Source: Octopus sinensis
Lineage: Eukaryota
Length of the DNA: 64,000 bases
Assembly (NCBI RefSeq): GCF_006345805.1
Contig: NC_043005.1
Location: forward strand, 41,912,001 to 41,976,000
Reading direction: 5' to 3'
Shown: piece after piece, positions 1 to 13,819 of the stretch
How the letters are laid out: the number at the start of each line of letters is the position of its first letter
Numbering within the stretch: the stretch's first letter is position 1
The notes under the pieces: model-generated
What the model saw: only the letters and a program-made list of their open reading frames with translations
What the model was told of the DNA's origin: nothing
The model's database searches: none
Made by a program: the position numbers and the translations under genes

Positions 1-293
1 TTCCATATGGTGAAAGAATTGTTTTGGACAACACGTTTTGTGACTTCAAGGTTAAATGAAACTTGTTTTGAAATGCATCTTGCTACAAAAACAAAAGTTT
101 TATTGTGGTTGAATTTAAAACACCTTATTAAAAAATAAAACTTGGATCACAAATATTGACTACAGTCCTCTAAAATATCACATTTAGCACAGTTTAGAAG
201 CAAATATAATGTGTAATTTATTGCATATTTGTGCAACAGACTCTTGAAAATGCAATTAGCTGCAAATGTATAGAGGGGCGAAAATGATGAGCG

Positions 294-335
<42 letters not shown>

Positions 336-337
<2 letters not shown>

Positions 338-412
338 ACAATTGAGGGTAAAATTAATTAATTAATCAATTTCACCAAGTGTTCAGTATGTAAAGGACTT
401 TGAATTCGCCTT
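336..412. mobile_element. Fragment of the 552-bp hammerhead-bearing repeat family seen at 40121-41419, embedded in (TA)n
   Basis: caacaattgagggtaaaattaatt...ccaagtgttcagtatg...gaattcgcc matches 40588-40668; (TA)n on both sides. Confidence 0.8.
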
Positions 413-441
413 ATATATATATATAAATAGTATACATAAGC

Positions 442-582
442 GCAGGCATGGCTGTGTGATAAGAAGCTTGCTTCCCAATCATTTAGTTTTGGGTCTCACT
501 CCTACTACATGGGACATTGGGCAAGTGACTTGTGAGTGGACCTAGTAGATAGAAACTGAGAGAAGTTTGTAATGTGTGTGTG

Positions 583-620
<38 letters not shown>

Positions 621-626
621 ACGCGC

Positions 627-692
<66 letters not shown>

Positions 693-900
693 TTGTGTGT
701 TTGTGTCCCATCACCACTTGACAACTGGTACCGTTTTCTATACTGTCCTGTAATTTAGCTCTTCGGCAAAAAGGGAACCGATAGAAAATGAACCAGTTTT
801 AAATTAATAAGCACTGGGGTTGATTGTTCGACGAAATCCTGTAAAGTGGTGCCACAGCATAGCCGAAAACCCAAAGACTGAAACAAGTAAAAGATGAAAG
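442..900 (+). mobile_element. tRNA-derived SINE family B (CORE-like motif, internal (TG)n)
   Basis: Head gcaggcatggctgtgtgataagaagcttgc, CORE-like ttgggcaagtg, internal TG repeat, tail gactgaaacaagtaaaaga; paralogues at 9513, 21778 and 29445. Confidence 0.8.
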
Positions 901-1440
901 GTAAAATCTCTCAACTTTTGTGATCAAACTTCGCATGACCAAACTTCGCTGATAAAACTTTGTATGTTGATGTTCGGGCTAAGTTGTATACAGATTTCCT
1001 AATTATGTATTAAATTTTCTCAAATATGCAAATAGATACCCTCACTTTTCAGAGTTTCATCAAAGTTACATTCCTTAATAATCCTGTTATGTTTTAATAT
1101 GTTCGTTGGGAATGTATTATCGTATCTGTCAACTGAAAGCATCTCTTTCAATGAAATATACACTTATACAGCTGCAGATGACATTTCTCGATCATTTCTT
1201 TGTGTGCTAATCTCGTTATGCACAAAATCTAAGAGCAAGCACTAGTAAAAAGCATATATTGTGTAGTTCAAAAAGAAATGAAGAAATGACTAGTGCATTA
1301 CATCGGTTAGAAAAGGTGTTTATGGCAAAAAAAATTTCGTATGCTTCAAGTAATCTCTAGCACTGTGAAAGGAATTATTTTTGAAAGTTGGATACGTGGC
1401 AACATTTATAGAATCTATGGCACATAGAGTCATACTGATA

Positions 1441-1953
1441 TCTATATATATAAAACAGTAGTTGTGTGAGTGTCTGTCCTCTTCGATTTAGATTCCTAAC
1501 TACTCCCACATTTTGCGGTGCAGTTTAACCAAATTCGGGTATCTTATAGTCGTGATTCATATCAAGCCCGTCTGAGTATTAGCGCGCGTCTACAATGAGT
1601 CTACGATTTTAAAAATAATTTAACATCATTTTTTATTCCATTTTAATGCATAATTTTTCGTGTGTCGATGGCGGCGGAGTTGGCGTCCATGGTCACACCT
1701 GCACCTGTTTGCTTCTCCCCCTTCTTCCCTCCCTCGTGAAGCTGACGGGAAGGGAGTGTAAGGAAATCAACGTCGTAAACCGTTGTCAAGGAGACCAGCG
1801 TTCTTTTAGAACAACGACTTCATGGCTTGAAGACACCAAAACAGAAATGGCTAAGAAAGCCCGAATTGGCATCTATAAGGGAAGTAACTCTCTAAAAATG
1901 CTTATATAGTTATTTCCCTTACAAAGCCGAGCAACGCCGGGCGATACTGCTAG
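1441..1953 (+). mobile_element. Non-autonomous Helitron
   Basis: A|TC 5' end, subterminal hairpin, CTAG|T 3' end, no TSD; both ends shared with 58750-59144 in the opposite orientation. Confidence 0.8.
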
Positions 1954-3065
1954 TAATTCATTAACTGCTCTTGTATATACACCCTAGATCCGCGTCATTG
2001 CAAGATGAACGTCTTAAAAACACGATTATGCATAGGTTGTTACCGATGTGGCTGTGTATCATTCTAACGAAGTGATCTTCTCTTAGTTCGAGATGCCTAC
2101 AACGGATAGAGCTCGTCATGCTATATTCAAAACACATTATTAACGTTACTAGAAAGTAGATATATCCACTTTATATTTAACATTCTGTGTTCTCCCGTAG
2201 AAATTTGACTGACAAAACAAGAGATTATTTTCATCCGAACATCAGGCATTTTAAAGTTCAATGATGTATCATCATAGCTGGTTGTGCGATATCATGGTCT
2301 CATTCACTATTATCAGTGGATGCATTAAGGTTAATATAACAAGTCGCATAGCAGATATAATTCCAGTATTAGTTAAGTTTCTATGCATTTATTGATAACG
2401 CCCACATCTGTCCTATCGCCCTAACAAGGCATCCCTTAATCATATTACTTTACCTTTAGCTTCTTTTGAACTATCTATCATATTTTTAAGAAATAGGTTT
2501 CATGGTAAATGACTTATTATTAAAATGTAAAATGTTAAGCTAATCTTAAACTGAAATAACAGCTTTCAGTCTTAATCACATTTCCTTTATTATTTAATCG
2601 CTATCTGTTTCTTAATTTAATTTCAATATAATAGAATTAGGATAGCACAGAGTAATGATAATGTGCACTAAAGAGCAATATATAGCTACTTATTTCCAGG
2701 TACATTCGTTATGCAACGTGATGAAAAATCTAAATGTCTGTTTTGATACAGTGTTAGTCTGCCTCATATCAAATGTTCGAATATGCTACAAATATTGTTC
2801 AGCTTCTGGGTATAGCTTACATAATTCAATCCTGAAGACTGACCCAAATCAGTGTTGGATAATATATGAACATTCTTAAGCTTCTTTTCTAACGAAAGAA
2901 TTCTCCAGAAAACAGTCCAGAACAATTGTTTATGAAAATTCAAGTCCATTCATCGGCATTGTGATTCAATGTTTTTTTTTTCTTTTCAAATGTTATTACA
3001 TTTAACTTATTAAATTACAACTGATGTCAGGATCGATCGCTGAGTATTTTGAGAAGAATTTGCCA

Positions 3066-3827
3066 AATAATCTATTCTGCTCTAGGCGCAAGACCCCGAA
3101 ATTTTTTGAGAGGGGTAAGATCGACCCCAGTACGTAACTGGTACTTAATTTATCTAACCCGAAAGGATGAAAAGCAAAGTCGACCTCGGCGAATTTAAAC
3201 TCAGAACATAAAGACAGATGAAATACCTATTTTTTACTACCCACAAGAGGCTACAGACAGAGGGTACAAGCAAGGACAGACAAACTGATTAAGTCGATTA
3301 TATCGACCCCGGTGCGTAACTGGTACTTATTTAATTGACCCCGAAAGGATGAAAGGCAAAGTCAACCTCGGCGGAATTTGAACTCAGAACATAAAGACAG
3401 ACGAAATACCTATTTCTTTACTACCCACAAGGGGCTAAACATAGAGGGGATAAACAAGGACAGACAAAGGGATTAAATCGATTACATCGATCCCAGTGCG
3501 TAACTGGTCCTTAATTTATCGACCTCGAAAGGATGAAAGGCAAAGTCGACCTCAGCAGAATTTGAACTCAGAACGTAATGGCAGACGAAATGCCTATTTC
3601 TTTACTACCTACAAGGGGCTAAACATAGAGGCGATAAACAAGGACAGACAAACAGATTAAGTCGAGTATATCGACCTCCAGTGCGTAACTGGTACTTATT
3701 TAATCGACCCCGAAAGGATGAAAGGCAAAGTCGACCTCGGCGGAATTTGAACTCAGAACGTAACGGCAGACCAAATACTGCTAAGCATTTCGCCCGGCGT
3801 GCTAACGTTTCTGCCAGCTCGCCGTCT
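3066..3827 (-). mobile_element. Tandem array of about four SINE family A units (period ~185 bp)
   Basis: Repeated gaccccgaaaggatgaaaggcaaagtcgacctcggcggaatttgaactcagaac body; full head (ctgccagctcgccg on + strand) only in the unit ending at 3827. Confidence 0.9.
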
Positions 3828-4382
3828 TGAATTTGTCAAATAATGATATATATCTTCCAAGATATATATATCATTATTTCATACTAAACTCAACAGCTTT
3901 AGTTACTTATCCTGATGTTATTTGTTAGTTCGATTGATGAAACAAACTGAAAAGAAATCACATGTATTTCATCGCTATGGGCTATACATGTATCGGCCTA
4001 ACTTTTTTTCTGAACATTTTGAAAAATTGCTGCTTGGATACTTCGTTGCTCCATGTTTTTGAAATTGATACATCATAGTCAATTTCAATACTAATCAAGC
4101 GTTATCGTATATCGATTGCCCTTCTAGCTCAACCGAATGAATATAAGGGCGGACACTGATAGTTCACCGTTCGATATTCTTGTTGATAAACTTATTGTTG
4201 TTGTTGATGATGCAGGTATTACTGCTGTACAACATCACTGCTATTGTTGTGACTGAAGGTAATGTCATATGTAGTGTTATGTTGTCAATGCTGCCTCTCT
4301 CGCTGCTTGTGTTTCCATCGCAATGCGGTTTATATTGTTAACGTTGCTGATGCTCTTGTGACAAATGTTATTATTACTATGG

Positions 4383-4776
4383 GGATCTTTTCATTTTGAA
4401 GGCCAGATTTTCCTAGTTAACTAAAAAATTTGAAACTTCGTATACTGGGAGAAGCCTTTTCGGTAAAAAAAATAAAGAAAGAAAATATTCAAAAAATATC
4501 GTTAATATTTTTATTGGGCGACGAAATTAATCGATTTAAGCTGTTATTTCTAGCACATGTAGAAGACAGAAGAAGAGGTAAATAATTTGAGCTCGAATGC
4601 TGCGAGTTCATTGGTTAAAATTCTTAAAATTAAACTACGTTTAAGTTACGAATTACAATTTTGTTTTCAATTTTGTTTACAATAATAATGTTTTCTTTTG
4701 ACACATTCTACCAGTATACAAAGTTTCAAATTGTTTAGTTAACTAGGAAAATCTGGCCTTCAAAATGAAAATATCT
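4383..4776. mobile_element. MITE with ~65-bp TIRs and 9-bp TSD (Mutator/Merlin-type)
   Basis: TIR ggatcttttcattttgaaggccagattttcctagttaact...tatactgg versus its reverse complement at 4711-4776; TSD ttactatgg at 4374-4382 and 4777-4785. Confidence 0.85.
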
Positions 4777-4841
4777 TTACTATGGTTTTTGCAGCAATCA
4801 CTATCATTGTCCTGACCGTTGAACTATTGTTACTAATGATA

Positions 4842-5449
4842 AATATTCTTTTCTACTCTAGGGACAAAGCCCGAAATTTGTGGAGGGGGGGCAGTCGATT
4901 AGATCGACCCCAGTGCGTAACTGGTACTATTTAATTGACCCGGAAAGGATGAAAGGCAAAGTCGACATCGGCGGAATTTGAACTCAGAACGTAACGGCAG
5001 ACGAAATACCTATTTCTTTACAACCCACAAGGGGCTAAACACAGAGAGGACAAACGAGAACAGACAAACGGATTAAGTCGATTACATGGACCCCAGTGCG
5101 TAACTGGTACTTATTTAATCGACCCCGAAAGGCAAAGTCGACCTCGGCGGAATTTGAACTCAGAACGTAGCGGCAGACGAAATGCCGCTAAGTATTTCGC
5201 CCGGCGTGCTAACGTTTCATATTTTTTATTGTTCACAAGGGGTTAAACATGGAGGGGACAAACAAGGACAGACAAAGGGATTAAGTCGATTACATCGAAC
5301 CCAGTGCGTAACTTGTACTTAATTTATCGACCCCGAAAGGATGAAAGGCAAAGTCGACCTCGGCAGAATTTGAACTTAGAACATAACGGCAGACGAAATG
5401 CCGCTAAGCATTTCGCCCTCGCGTTAACGTTTCTGCCAGCTCGCCGCCT
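4842..5449 (-). mobile_element. Tandem array of three SINE family A units
   Basis: Same body as 3066-3827 with the same gacgaaatacctatttc junction near 5000. Confidence 0.9.
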
Positions 5450-5691
5450 TCACTAGCACTAAATATTACATGCATAAAAACTGTAGTAATCTAGTTTCAG
5501 TAGTCGTAATTAAAAATTAATATAAATATCAAGTAGTAGTATAACACCAGAAATAGCAAGAAATGATTAGTCAGCTGACGATAATAATGTAAAACAATAT
5601 TCTTTACATTACTGCTACAATTATTTATAAGAATCATAATGTCTGACAAATGTTCATTTAAAATAGCGAAGAATATAAAACTATTTTGAAC

Positions 5692-5716
5692 TCTACTACT
5701 ACTACTACTACTACTG

Positions 5717-5781
<65 letters not shown>

Positions 5782-5945
5782 ACTACTACTACCACTGCTG
5801 CTGCTGCTGCTGCTAATACTACTACTACCACTACTACTACTGCTGCTGCTGCTACTACTACTACCACTGCTGCTGCTGCTGCTAATACTACTACTACTAC
5901 TGCTGCTGCTGCTACTACTACTACTACTACCACTGCTGCTGCTGA

Positions 5946-5998
<53 letters not shown>
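5692..5998. repeat. Compound (CTA)n/(CTG)n microsatellite
   Basis: Direct reading; explains the poly-T/A and poly-V/A ORFs. Confidence 0.95.
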
Positions 5999-6094
5999 AG
6001 GGCGAATGTGCTTAGTATATTTCAAAAAGCAATGACATTTCAATATTTCAAATAAATTATATATATATAAAATCAGTGATGCAATTTGCAACGA

Positions 6095-6180
6095 GGAGAT
6101 ACGTGGCCTAGTGGTTAGGGTGTTGCATTCAGGACTACAAGGTTGTACTTTCGACTCCCAGGCAGGCTGTTCTTAAGCAA
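6095..6180 (+). mobile_element. SINE family D head fragment
   Basis: gtggcctagtggttaggg A-box and ttcgactccc B-box-like motif; similar to 31710 and 56631. Confidence 0.6.
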
Positions 6181-6291
6181 AATGCACGATTTAACCGTAA
6201 ATAGAAAATCTTTTGATGTGCTGGCATTCTGTCTGGCGAAGAATTTTTGGGGGTTACCCCTCCCATGATCCTGTTTACTTTTTCTTTTTTT

Positions 6292-6670
6292 TTTTTGGCA
6301 TTGCGTCCGTCCTTACGTTCAGGGTTCAAATTTCGCCGAGGTCGACTTCGATGTCGATGAAATAAGTGCCAGTTACGCACTGGGTCCGATACAATCGACT
6401 ACACTCCCTCCCCCAAAGCTTCGTGCCTTGTGCCTATAGTAGACACGATTATTAAAATTGTTATGAAAGCGGCGAGCTGTCAGAACCGTTGGCACACTGG
6501 GTAAGACGCTTAGCGACATTTCGTCCATCCTTACGTTCTGAGTTCAAATTCTGCGACGGTCGACTTTGCCTTTCATCCTTTCAGAGTCGATGAAATAAGA
6601 GTCAGTTATGCACTGGGGTCGATATAATCGACTAGATCCCTCCCCCAAAATTTAGTAGAAAGGATTATTA
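6292..6670 (+). mobile_element. Two SINE family A copies (partial 6292-6455; near full 6469-6670)
   Basis: gttcaaatttcgccgaggtcgact body; tails tagtagacacgattatt and tagtagaaaggattatt. Confidence 0.85.
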
Positions 6671-7072
6671 CAATTGTGGCACTACTTTGAAATAACCAAA
6701 GATTATTAACGTAGTAATGTTAATATATTTTGAAATTTCCAAAGAAAACTACCTCGAGCTTTTTCATTCTGTATTATAACTTAGAATCCATTATTTAGTT
6801 AGCATTTTATCACTCGCTGCATTAAACATATTAATACCAACTTAATTATTGAATTTTATGCGGATAGCGTCGCAACGTATTTCCATTGCACCGTCTAATA
6901 CATTTGCTTAGTGATTTTTTTTTACTTCTGTTTCTCTGAATAAACTATTTATCTCCCAGGCATAATCTAGCCGGTACTTTTTGATATTTTAAAATACTCT
7001 TTAATTTTGGGTGGGTTATTGTATTTTCTTTTCTTCTTACGCAAACTGTTAAATTGAGCCCGATCACCCTGT

Positions 7073-7104
<32 letters not shown>

Positions 7105-7115
7105 GCACATACACG

Positions 7116-7727
7116 GGAGTACCGCCAATTCAACGCCTGGCAATTCAACGCCGACAATTTAACGCTAGATAATTTAGCGCAAAGACAATTCAGTGCATAG
7201 ACAATTCAGCGCATGTGATATATGTAATTTATTATTACAATATATTGGTGTTGGTTGTATCTCTAAAACACATGCACATACAACCTACAAACACAGCAGT
7301 CATAGAATAGATAAACTGTACATAAACATTACGGATACATATATATGAAATATGCACTAGCAATATACATAAACTTATATAAACACGCCCATACGAAACG
7401 ACACAAGCCCCTTCAAAGTATGAACGAGCATATTCCGCCATAAAAAAATAATAGTTCCATAATATCATACGAGTTGACAGATTAGAATATTTGCGAGCTA
7501 TTAGTTATACAATTAAACTCCAAAATTAGGAATTAAAGGATACAATTTAGTATTTTTAATCGCATTTTTTAAATCTTTGCATGTTTTTACATAAATAATT
7601 GTTTTTAAACAAATAATTCTCAAAATAGCCTTTAGTTCAGTAAGATGCCCTGCTCTGAATTGTCTAGCGTTGAATTGTCGGTGCTGAATCGTCGGCGTTG
7701 AATTGTCAGGCGCTCAATTGTCACATC
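7116..7727. mobile_element. Foldback/Mutator-like MITE whose termini are inverted arrays of a 13-16-bp unit
   Basis: About six copies of gacaattcagcgc-like unit at 7120-7213; about five inverted copies (gcgttgaattgtc) at 7651-7722; no clear TSD. Confidence 0.65.
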
Positions 7728-8056
7728 ACGATATATCGTCACGTTATATATGTATGTGTATGTATATATATATATATGTGTGTGTGTGTGTATTTCTGAT
7801 TTGTTTTTTTGCTGAAGGGAACAAAATTCAACAAGTAAATAAAGTACTCAATATTCTTCCATGTAGTGTTAACTTCATAGTTTATAGATTTATAAATTTG
7901 TTTTGATATGTTTCATTCATCCAAATGTAATTCCGAAGTGATTTATGTGCGTGCACGAGCACCTGTATACCTATTAGATATATAGGCACGTATCTACTAA
8001 ACACACGACCGCTGTGTAGTAGTCTACTACTACCACTACTACTGCTGCTGCTCCTG

Positions 8057-8109
<53 letters not shown>

Positions 8110-8199
8110 GATGTGGTAACAGTGGCAGCAGCAGTTATAGTAATTCTAATACCCTTACAGATAGTTACAGAACAAATTATGCGCGCGCGTGTATATATA

Positions 8200-8232
<33 letters not shown>

Positions 8233-8338
8233 GATAGATATATAGATAGATATACATATATATATATATACACACACACATGTATATATATATATGCATG
8301 CATCTATCGATATATATAGGCATGTATTCCAACATCTG

Positions 8339-8381
<43 letters not shown>

Positions 8382-9512
8382 TGTGTGTGTCTGTGTGTGT
8401 GTGTGTGTGTTTAGAAGTATGTGTGAGTAATCTACGAAACTATTTCCTGAGAGTTTTCTCTGAAGCAAAATAATGAAAATTTCCTATTTCTCTTTAGCAA
8501 AGAAACAATGGCTCCGAGACATGATTGGAAACGCTGACAGACTTCGATTAAATTTAAATTTTGATATTAATTTTATTTCAAATAATCTTTGATCTTAGTC
8601 GGAATTTTGATAACGAAACACGTCACAGATTCCATATATTGGTTGTATATGTCAATTTAACAAACCGAATTACTTCCATAAATTCGATACCAATTTACTA
8701 TTGACAGATGTTCTCAACACAAGTTTCAAATATTTAAAATGCCTTGATTCATTTTGAGTGCAGGGGTAATAAATTGTGTTTCCGAATATTGAAGATTCGC
8801 CTTCCAATTGTCTCTAATTTAAGATGGCACGTTTCAGAAATTAACACTAGGTAAAGTATTAAAGCAATAATTTAATCAACTACAAACTTTGAGGATATTT
8901 TCCGCATGACTTTCAGGTGCGCTGAACATATGGATACCTACATTTGAACAAAGCACAACGTTTATATAGAAGTCAAAGAAATATGTTGACAAACTGAAAC
9001 ACAAACAACAACTATTCGAAAGTTAAATTAATTTCAGACGTAGTTTAAATAACTAAAGTTTCATCGAGTTCAAAGACAGTCAAGATAAACACTATATCAA
9101 AAGTAAAACAATTTCAAAGCTATGTTGTTAAATCTTGATGATATATAGAAATAGAATCATCTAGAAAATACCCTCAACTGGAAAAAAAGGGATTACTTCT
9201 AAAAGAACTATTAATGTAATTCATTTTATAACTTAATTATTGATTGATGTGAAGACAGAACATAGAACATAACTAATATATATATATATAGACCTGGACA
9301 ACTGCAATGCAAGCTTTCAAATTAAGATATATACATATATGGTATGAAACGTAAATATATGTTGTTACCTCAGATCATACAATTTAAATGTGAACGCATA
9401 CACACATAATAAAATAGGAAGATGAAATCTTTTGGTCTTATCTATTCTCCATTACACGCGTTTCATTTATAAATAGGAATTTACCCTAACTTATATAATA
9501 TACTTTACAGAA

Positions 9513-9665
9513 GCAGGAGTGGTTGTGTGGTAAGCAGCTTGCTTACCAACCACATAGTTCTGAGTTCAGTCCACTGCGTGGCACCTTGGGCAAGTGTCTT
9601 CTACTATAGACTCGGGCCGACCAAAGCCTTGTGAGTGGTAGACGGAAACTGAAAGAAGCCCGGCG
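9513..9665 (+). mobile_element. SINE family B, 5' half
   Basis: gcaggagtggttgtgtggtaagcagcttgcttaccaaccacat...ggcaccttgggcaagtgtcttctactatag. Confidence 0.85.
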
Positions 9666-10861
9666 TGAGGTCTGGGGAACGTGGAGGAAATTCAACGCTA
9701 CCTCTCCTCCCAAACTATTTGTTTGGATTTGTTGCATCGAGGTAATTATTATAATTATCTCAACCTGTACACTATGTGTCACGAGTAGCATATGGCAAAC
9801 TGGTCAAGTTCCTAATAAGTAGGAGAGTTATTCTCAAGAGTCCAGAATTCTCCAAAGATGACATGCCACCAAGACAATTATTCATCGTATGTCATTATAC
9901 ATTTGATTGTAATACTCCAAGGGAATTTACGACATGCCGGCCACCCTAGAGTATACCAACAACGTACTGTTCAAAGCGACGCATGATTTGGACCAGTCCC
10001 TAGGCGCTAAGTGCTCATAGGGTTGCTTTTCTCCGTGTACACAACCGGAATATCCTATTTGATATTATTTGATATCCAACCACAAGTTTATCCAACCCTA
10101 CTTGGTGCATATCTTTTCAAGTACCTACGTATACACATACATATACATACATACATACATACATTCATACCTACATTCAAACTTGTGTGTGTGTGTGTAT
10201 ACAGTCCACGGGTGAGATCCAGAGATTCTCCGTATAGACGACACTTTGTAGCGCTCAAACTTAGACTCCGATGTGTTTACAGGGGATCGATTCCACAAGG
10301 TAATGAAAGGCTATTATAGGGATGAAGTTGAGCTGGTACAGAAGTAATTATGCGGATAAACAAATCAGACACATTGAATATATTAAATATATTAAAAATA
10401 ATAGTTTGTGTATGTAATACAAAATATGTAAATATGTATAACGAGAGAAATCACAATGTGGAGAGTTCCAGTAGATGATTTTTTTAGGTATAAATATATA
10501 GATATATATATCAATAGGTCCAATTTACGCAGAGTACAAACGGCAGAATTTCAAAGATGGAACATTTGAACGCCTCTGTATTAAGATCTGAAATTCAAGA
10601 TCTCTAACCAGATGACGGAGATTAATACGGCTGCATATTGTGATAGACTACATCTATTAATATGATAATGGATTTCCGAAGCCCCAGTAATCGCCGTTGG
10701 ATTTAGGACATATTTCCTCCACCCTATTAATTTTCTCAGTTGTTTGTACTGTTTTTAAATTGGACCTATTAATATGAATATCTACATATCTATACTTCAA
10801 AATTCATCATCTGCAAGTCTCCATCTTTTGCTTATTCACTTTAGTGACGTCTGAACTTATG

Positions 10862-10918
<57 letters not shown>

Positions 10919-11068
10919 TTATATATGTATAGATATATGTATATATATTTATACATGTATATATATATATATAAGTATATATAAATATTTATATGCATAT
11001 ATATATATATATACATGTATGTATGTATGTATATATATGCATACATGTATATATGTAGGTATATATAA

Positions 11069-11298
11069 GGCGGCGAGCTGGCAGACACGTTAGCGCGCCG
11101 GGCGAAATGCTTAACGGTATTTCGTCTGTCGTTACATTCTGAGTTCAAATTCCGCCGAGGTCGACTTTGCCTTTCATTCTTTCGGGGTCGATAAATTAGG
11201 TACCAGTTTCGCACTGGGGTCGATGTAATTGACTTAATCCGTTTGTCTGTCCTTGTTTGTCCCCTTTATGTTTAGCCCCTTGTGGGCAGTAAAGAAAT
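11069..11298 (+). mobile_element. SINE family A, full length
   Basis: ggcggcgagctggcag head, B-box gagttcaaattcc, tail ccccttgtgggcagtaaagaaat. Confidence 0.9.
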
Positions 11299-11860
11299 GT
11301 ATATATGCACGTACGCACACATCTACATCACTACCCAAAACAGATAAGTACTTGATAAAAATTACTACGTTTGCGGTACGGTGCGACTAGATGGTAATCA
11401 TAACATGAAGGTCAATGTTCATGAATGTTTGTGTGTACATGTGAGTATGTGTATGTGTGTGCGTGTACGTTAGTATGTGTATGTGTGCATGGTTATGCCT
11501 GTGCGCGTGTACGGGCATTTGTTTGCATGCATCAATATAAATAAGCATCGTTTTCTTTGTTTTTTAATACATTGACATGATTGGTGGAGGGGAGATTTTT
11601 GTATTAATCTTAGCACGTGGAAGTCGCTCGTTTGCTCGTCATAACGGTATAGAAACGGACGTAAAAGGAAGGGTTAGCTGAGGGGGACAGAGGAAAATAG
11701 TGGGAAATTAGAAATGGTGGAAGAGAGAGAGAGAGAGAGAGTGAGTTGCGGTGGAAGCAGATGAAAGCAAAAGAATGGTACAAAAACGGTTACAGTGAGT
11801 AGGGAACAAACAACAATACGATGTCCATATGTATGTGTATGTGTGAGAGTATGTTTGTGT

Positions 11861-11891
<31 letters not shown>

Positions 11892-12676
11892 TAAGAGAAA
11901 GTGAGCGATAAAGAGAGAGAGGAAGAAGGTGAGAGCAAGAGAAAATGAAATAGAAATAAAAGGAGTGGAGTGGAGGAAAGAATTTGATAGGAGAGATGGG
12001 GCGTTCCTGGAATGTATATGCGAGTAATTGTATGTAAGCGTGAAAATGAGAGCGGACAAGTGACAGAAAGAAGTAGTGTATACGGTTTTGTTTGCCTCAA
12101 GGAGATACTTGAAGGTTCCTTACTGATTAAAGGTGGTGAGATGGAGATACATATTCAGATCCATAACACAATAGAATAAAAGTGTTGCAAAATGGTCGTT
12201 TTTCCACTGTAATCGCTCTAGTGGATCTGATCAGCATGGATATCTTAACGACTCACTTGTTTAAGATACGGTAAAGTGGGTTACGTTCAGTTTACGCTGT
12301 TGCTGTTGTTGTTGTTGCTGTTCAGATTGATTACACTATCATCATTGACGCGTATGCGGATGTGTGTATCTGTGTGCATGTATGTATGTATGTACGTATG
12401 TATGTATGTACATATGTGTGTGTGTGTGTGGTTGTGTGGGTATGTGTCTGTGTTTACAGTACAATGTATAACAAAAAAAACAAAAAACATTTGCTTCATT
12501 GAGTGCACACGTTTGTTGCACAACTTATCTATTTACAAAAAAGGGATTGTATAATTAAAATATGTTGAGTGCTGAGGAAAGAAAAGGGTTCTAAATGCTA
12601 TTAATTCGAGGGTATGATAAGTATCAGGTATACCCTCATGCATTATTAACATATAATGTATATATAACGTGTGTGC

Positions 12677-12763
<87 letters not shown>

Positions 12764-12808
12764 GGCATGTGTGTATGTAATATTATATATGTGCATATAT
12801 ATTTATAC

Positions 12809-12887
<79 letters not shown>

Positions 12888-12904
12888 GTATAATGTATAT
12901 ATAT

Positions 12905-12979
<75 letters not shown>

Positions 12980-13093
12980 TTATTATATTACGCATGTCTG
13001 TGAACGGGGACACATGTTCCTTCGTGCTGTTTAATCAGTAAATTGTATCATTTCAATTTGTTATACATACTTCTGCTCCTATGTGTGTGTGTT

Positions 13094-13171
<78 letters not shown>

Positions 13172-13667
13172 TATTATGTGACTAATTGTGATAAGACATC
13201 ACTATACTTAATTTATATGCGAGAACATCTTCGAATATTAACACATGACACTAAGTTAAGGGTATGTGTAGATATATATATATATATATACATACGTATG
13301 ATCTGAACAATATGTGTATATGAAAATTCATTTAAACCATGGCAGCTCGGAAAATCTGGTCGGAGAGGGAAGTAAACGATAGGACAGGGGGAAAATTATG
13401 TCAGGAAAATAAAACAGAATGCTACAATAGACATGAAACCAAGTGGAAACTTTCAACAAAGGTAGCAAACACAATAACAACAAAACAATAATCACAACCT
13501 TATATGTAATACAGTGATCTTTGATTTAATCTCTTTATCATAGACGTAGCATTATGATATAAAAGTCGTGTACCACAACACTAGGTGATTACCCATGCAA
13601 CAAATGTCACTGTGGTGTTAGTGAGCTGTTCAAATCATACTGATCAATTAATGAACCATGCACTTAC

Positions 13668-13819
13668 AAAATGCACTTTTATCTTTCCCAATAGACTTTC
13701 TGACAAGTTTCCACTGTATGAACCTGCCTCGATGACATTTCTTCTAATACTCTTTTGAGCTTTCAGCTTGTTTCTTCTTTTCTTCAAATTCTGTGTCAAT
13801 GTGCGATAGAAAATCATTT
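13668..13819 (-). CDS. Candidate internal coding exon of an unknown gene
   Basis: Acceptor tatttctaattctAG, donor GTAAGT, one open frame (E)MIFYRTLTQNLKKRRNKLKAQKSIRRNVIEAGSYSGNLSESLLGKIKVHF; no recognisable homology. Confidence 0.2.

Noticed and set aside
2201-2264. Strong acceptor followed by NLTDKTRDYFHPNIRHFKVQ-stop
   Set aside because: Too short, with no upstream exon or recognisable domain
3066-3827. CRISPR-like regularly spaced repeats
   Set aside because: Whole ~185-bp units repeat with no unique spacers; eukaryotic SINE concatemer
9780-10000. Possible Gypsy integrase zinc-finger remnant (HAGHP)
   Set aside because: Only a 5-residue resemblance amid stops
12236-13756. Two-exon micro-ORF MDILTTHLFKIR-LSDKFPLYEPASMTFLLILF
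   Set aside because: Phase match is expected by chance one time in three; no homology, and it overlaps a competing minus-strand candidate
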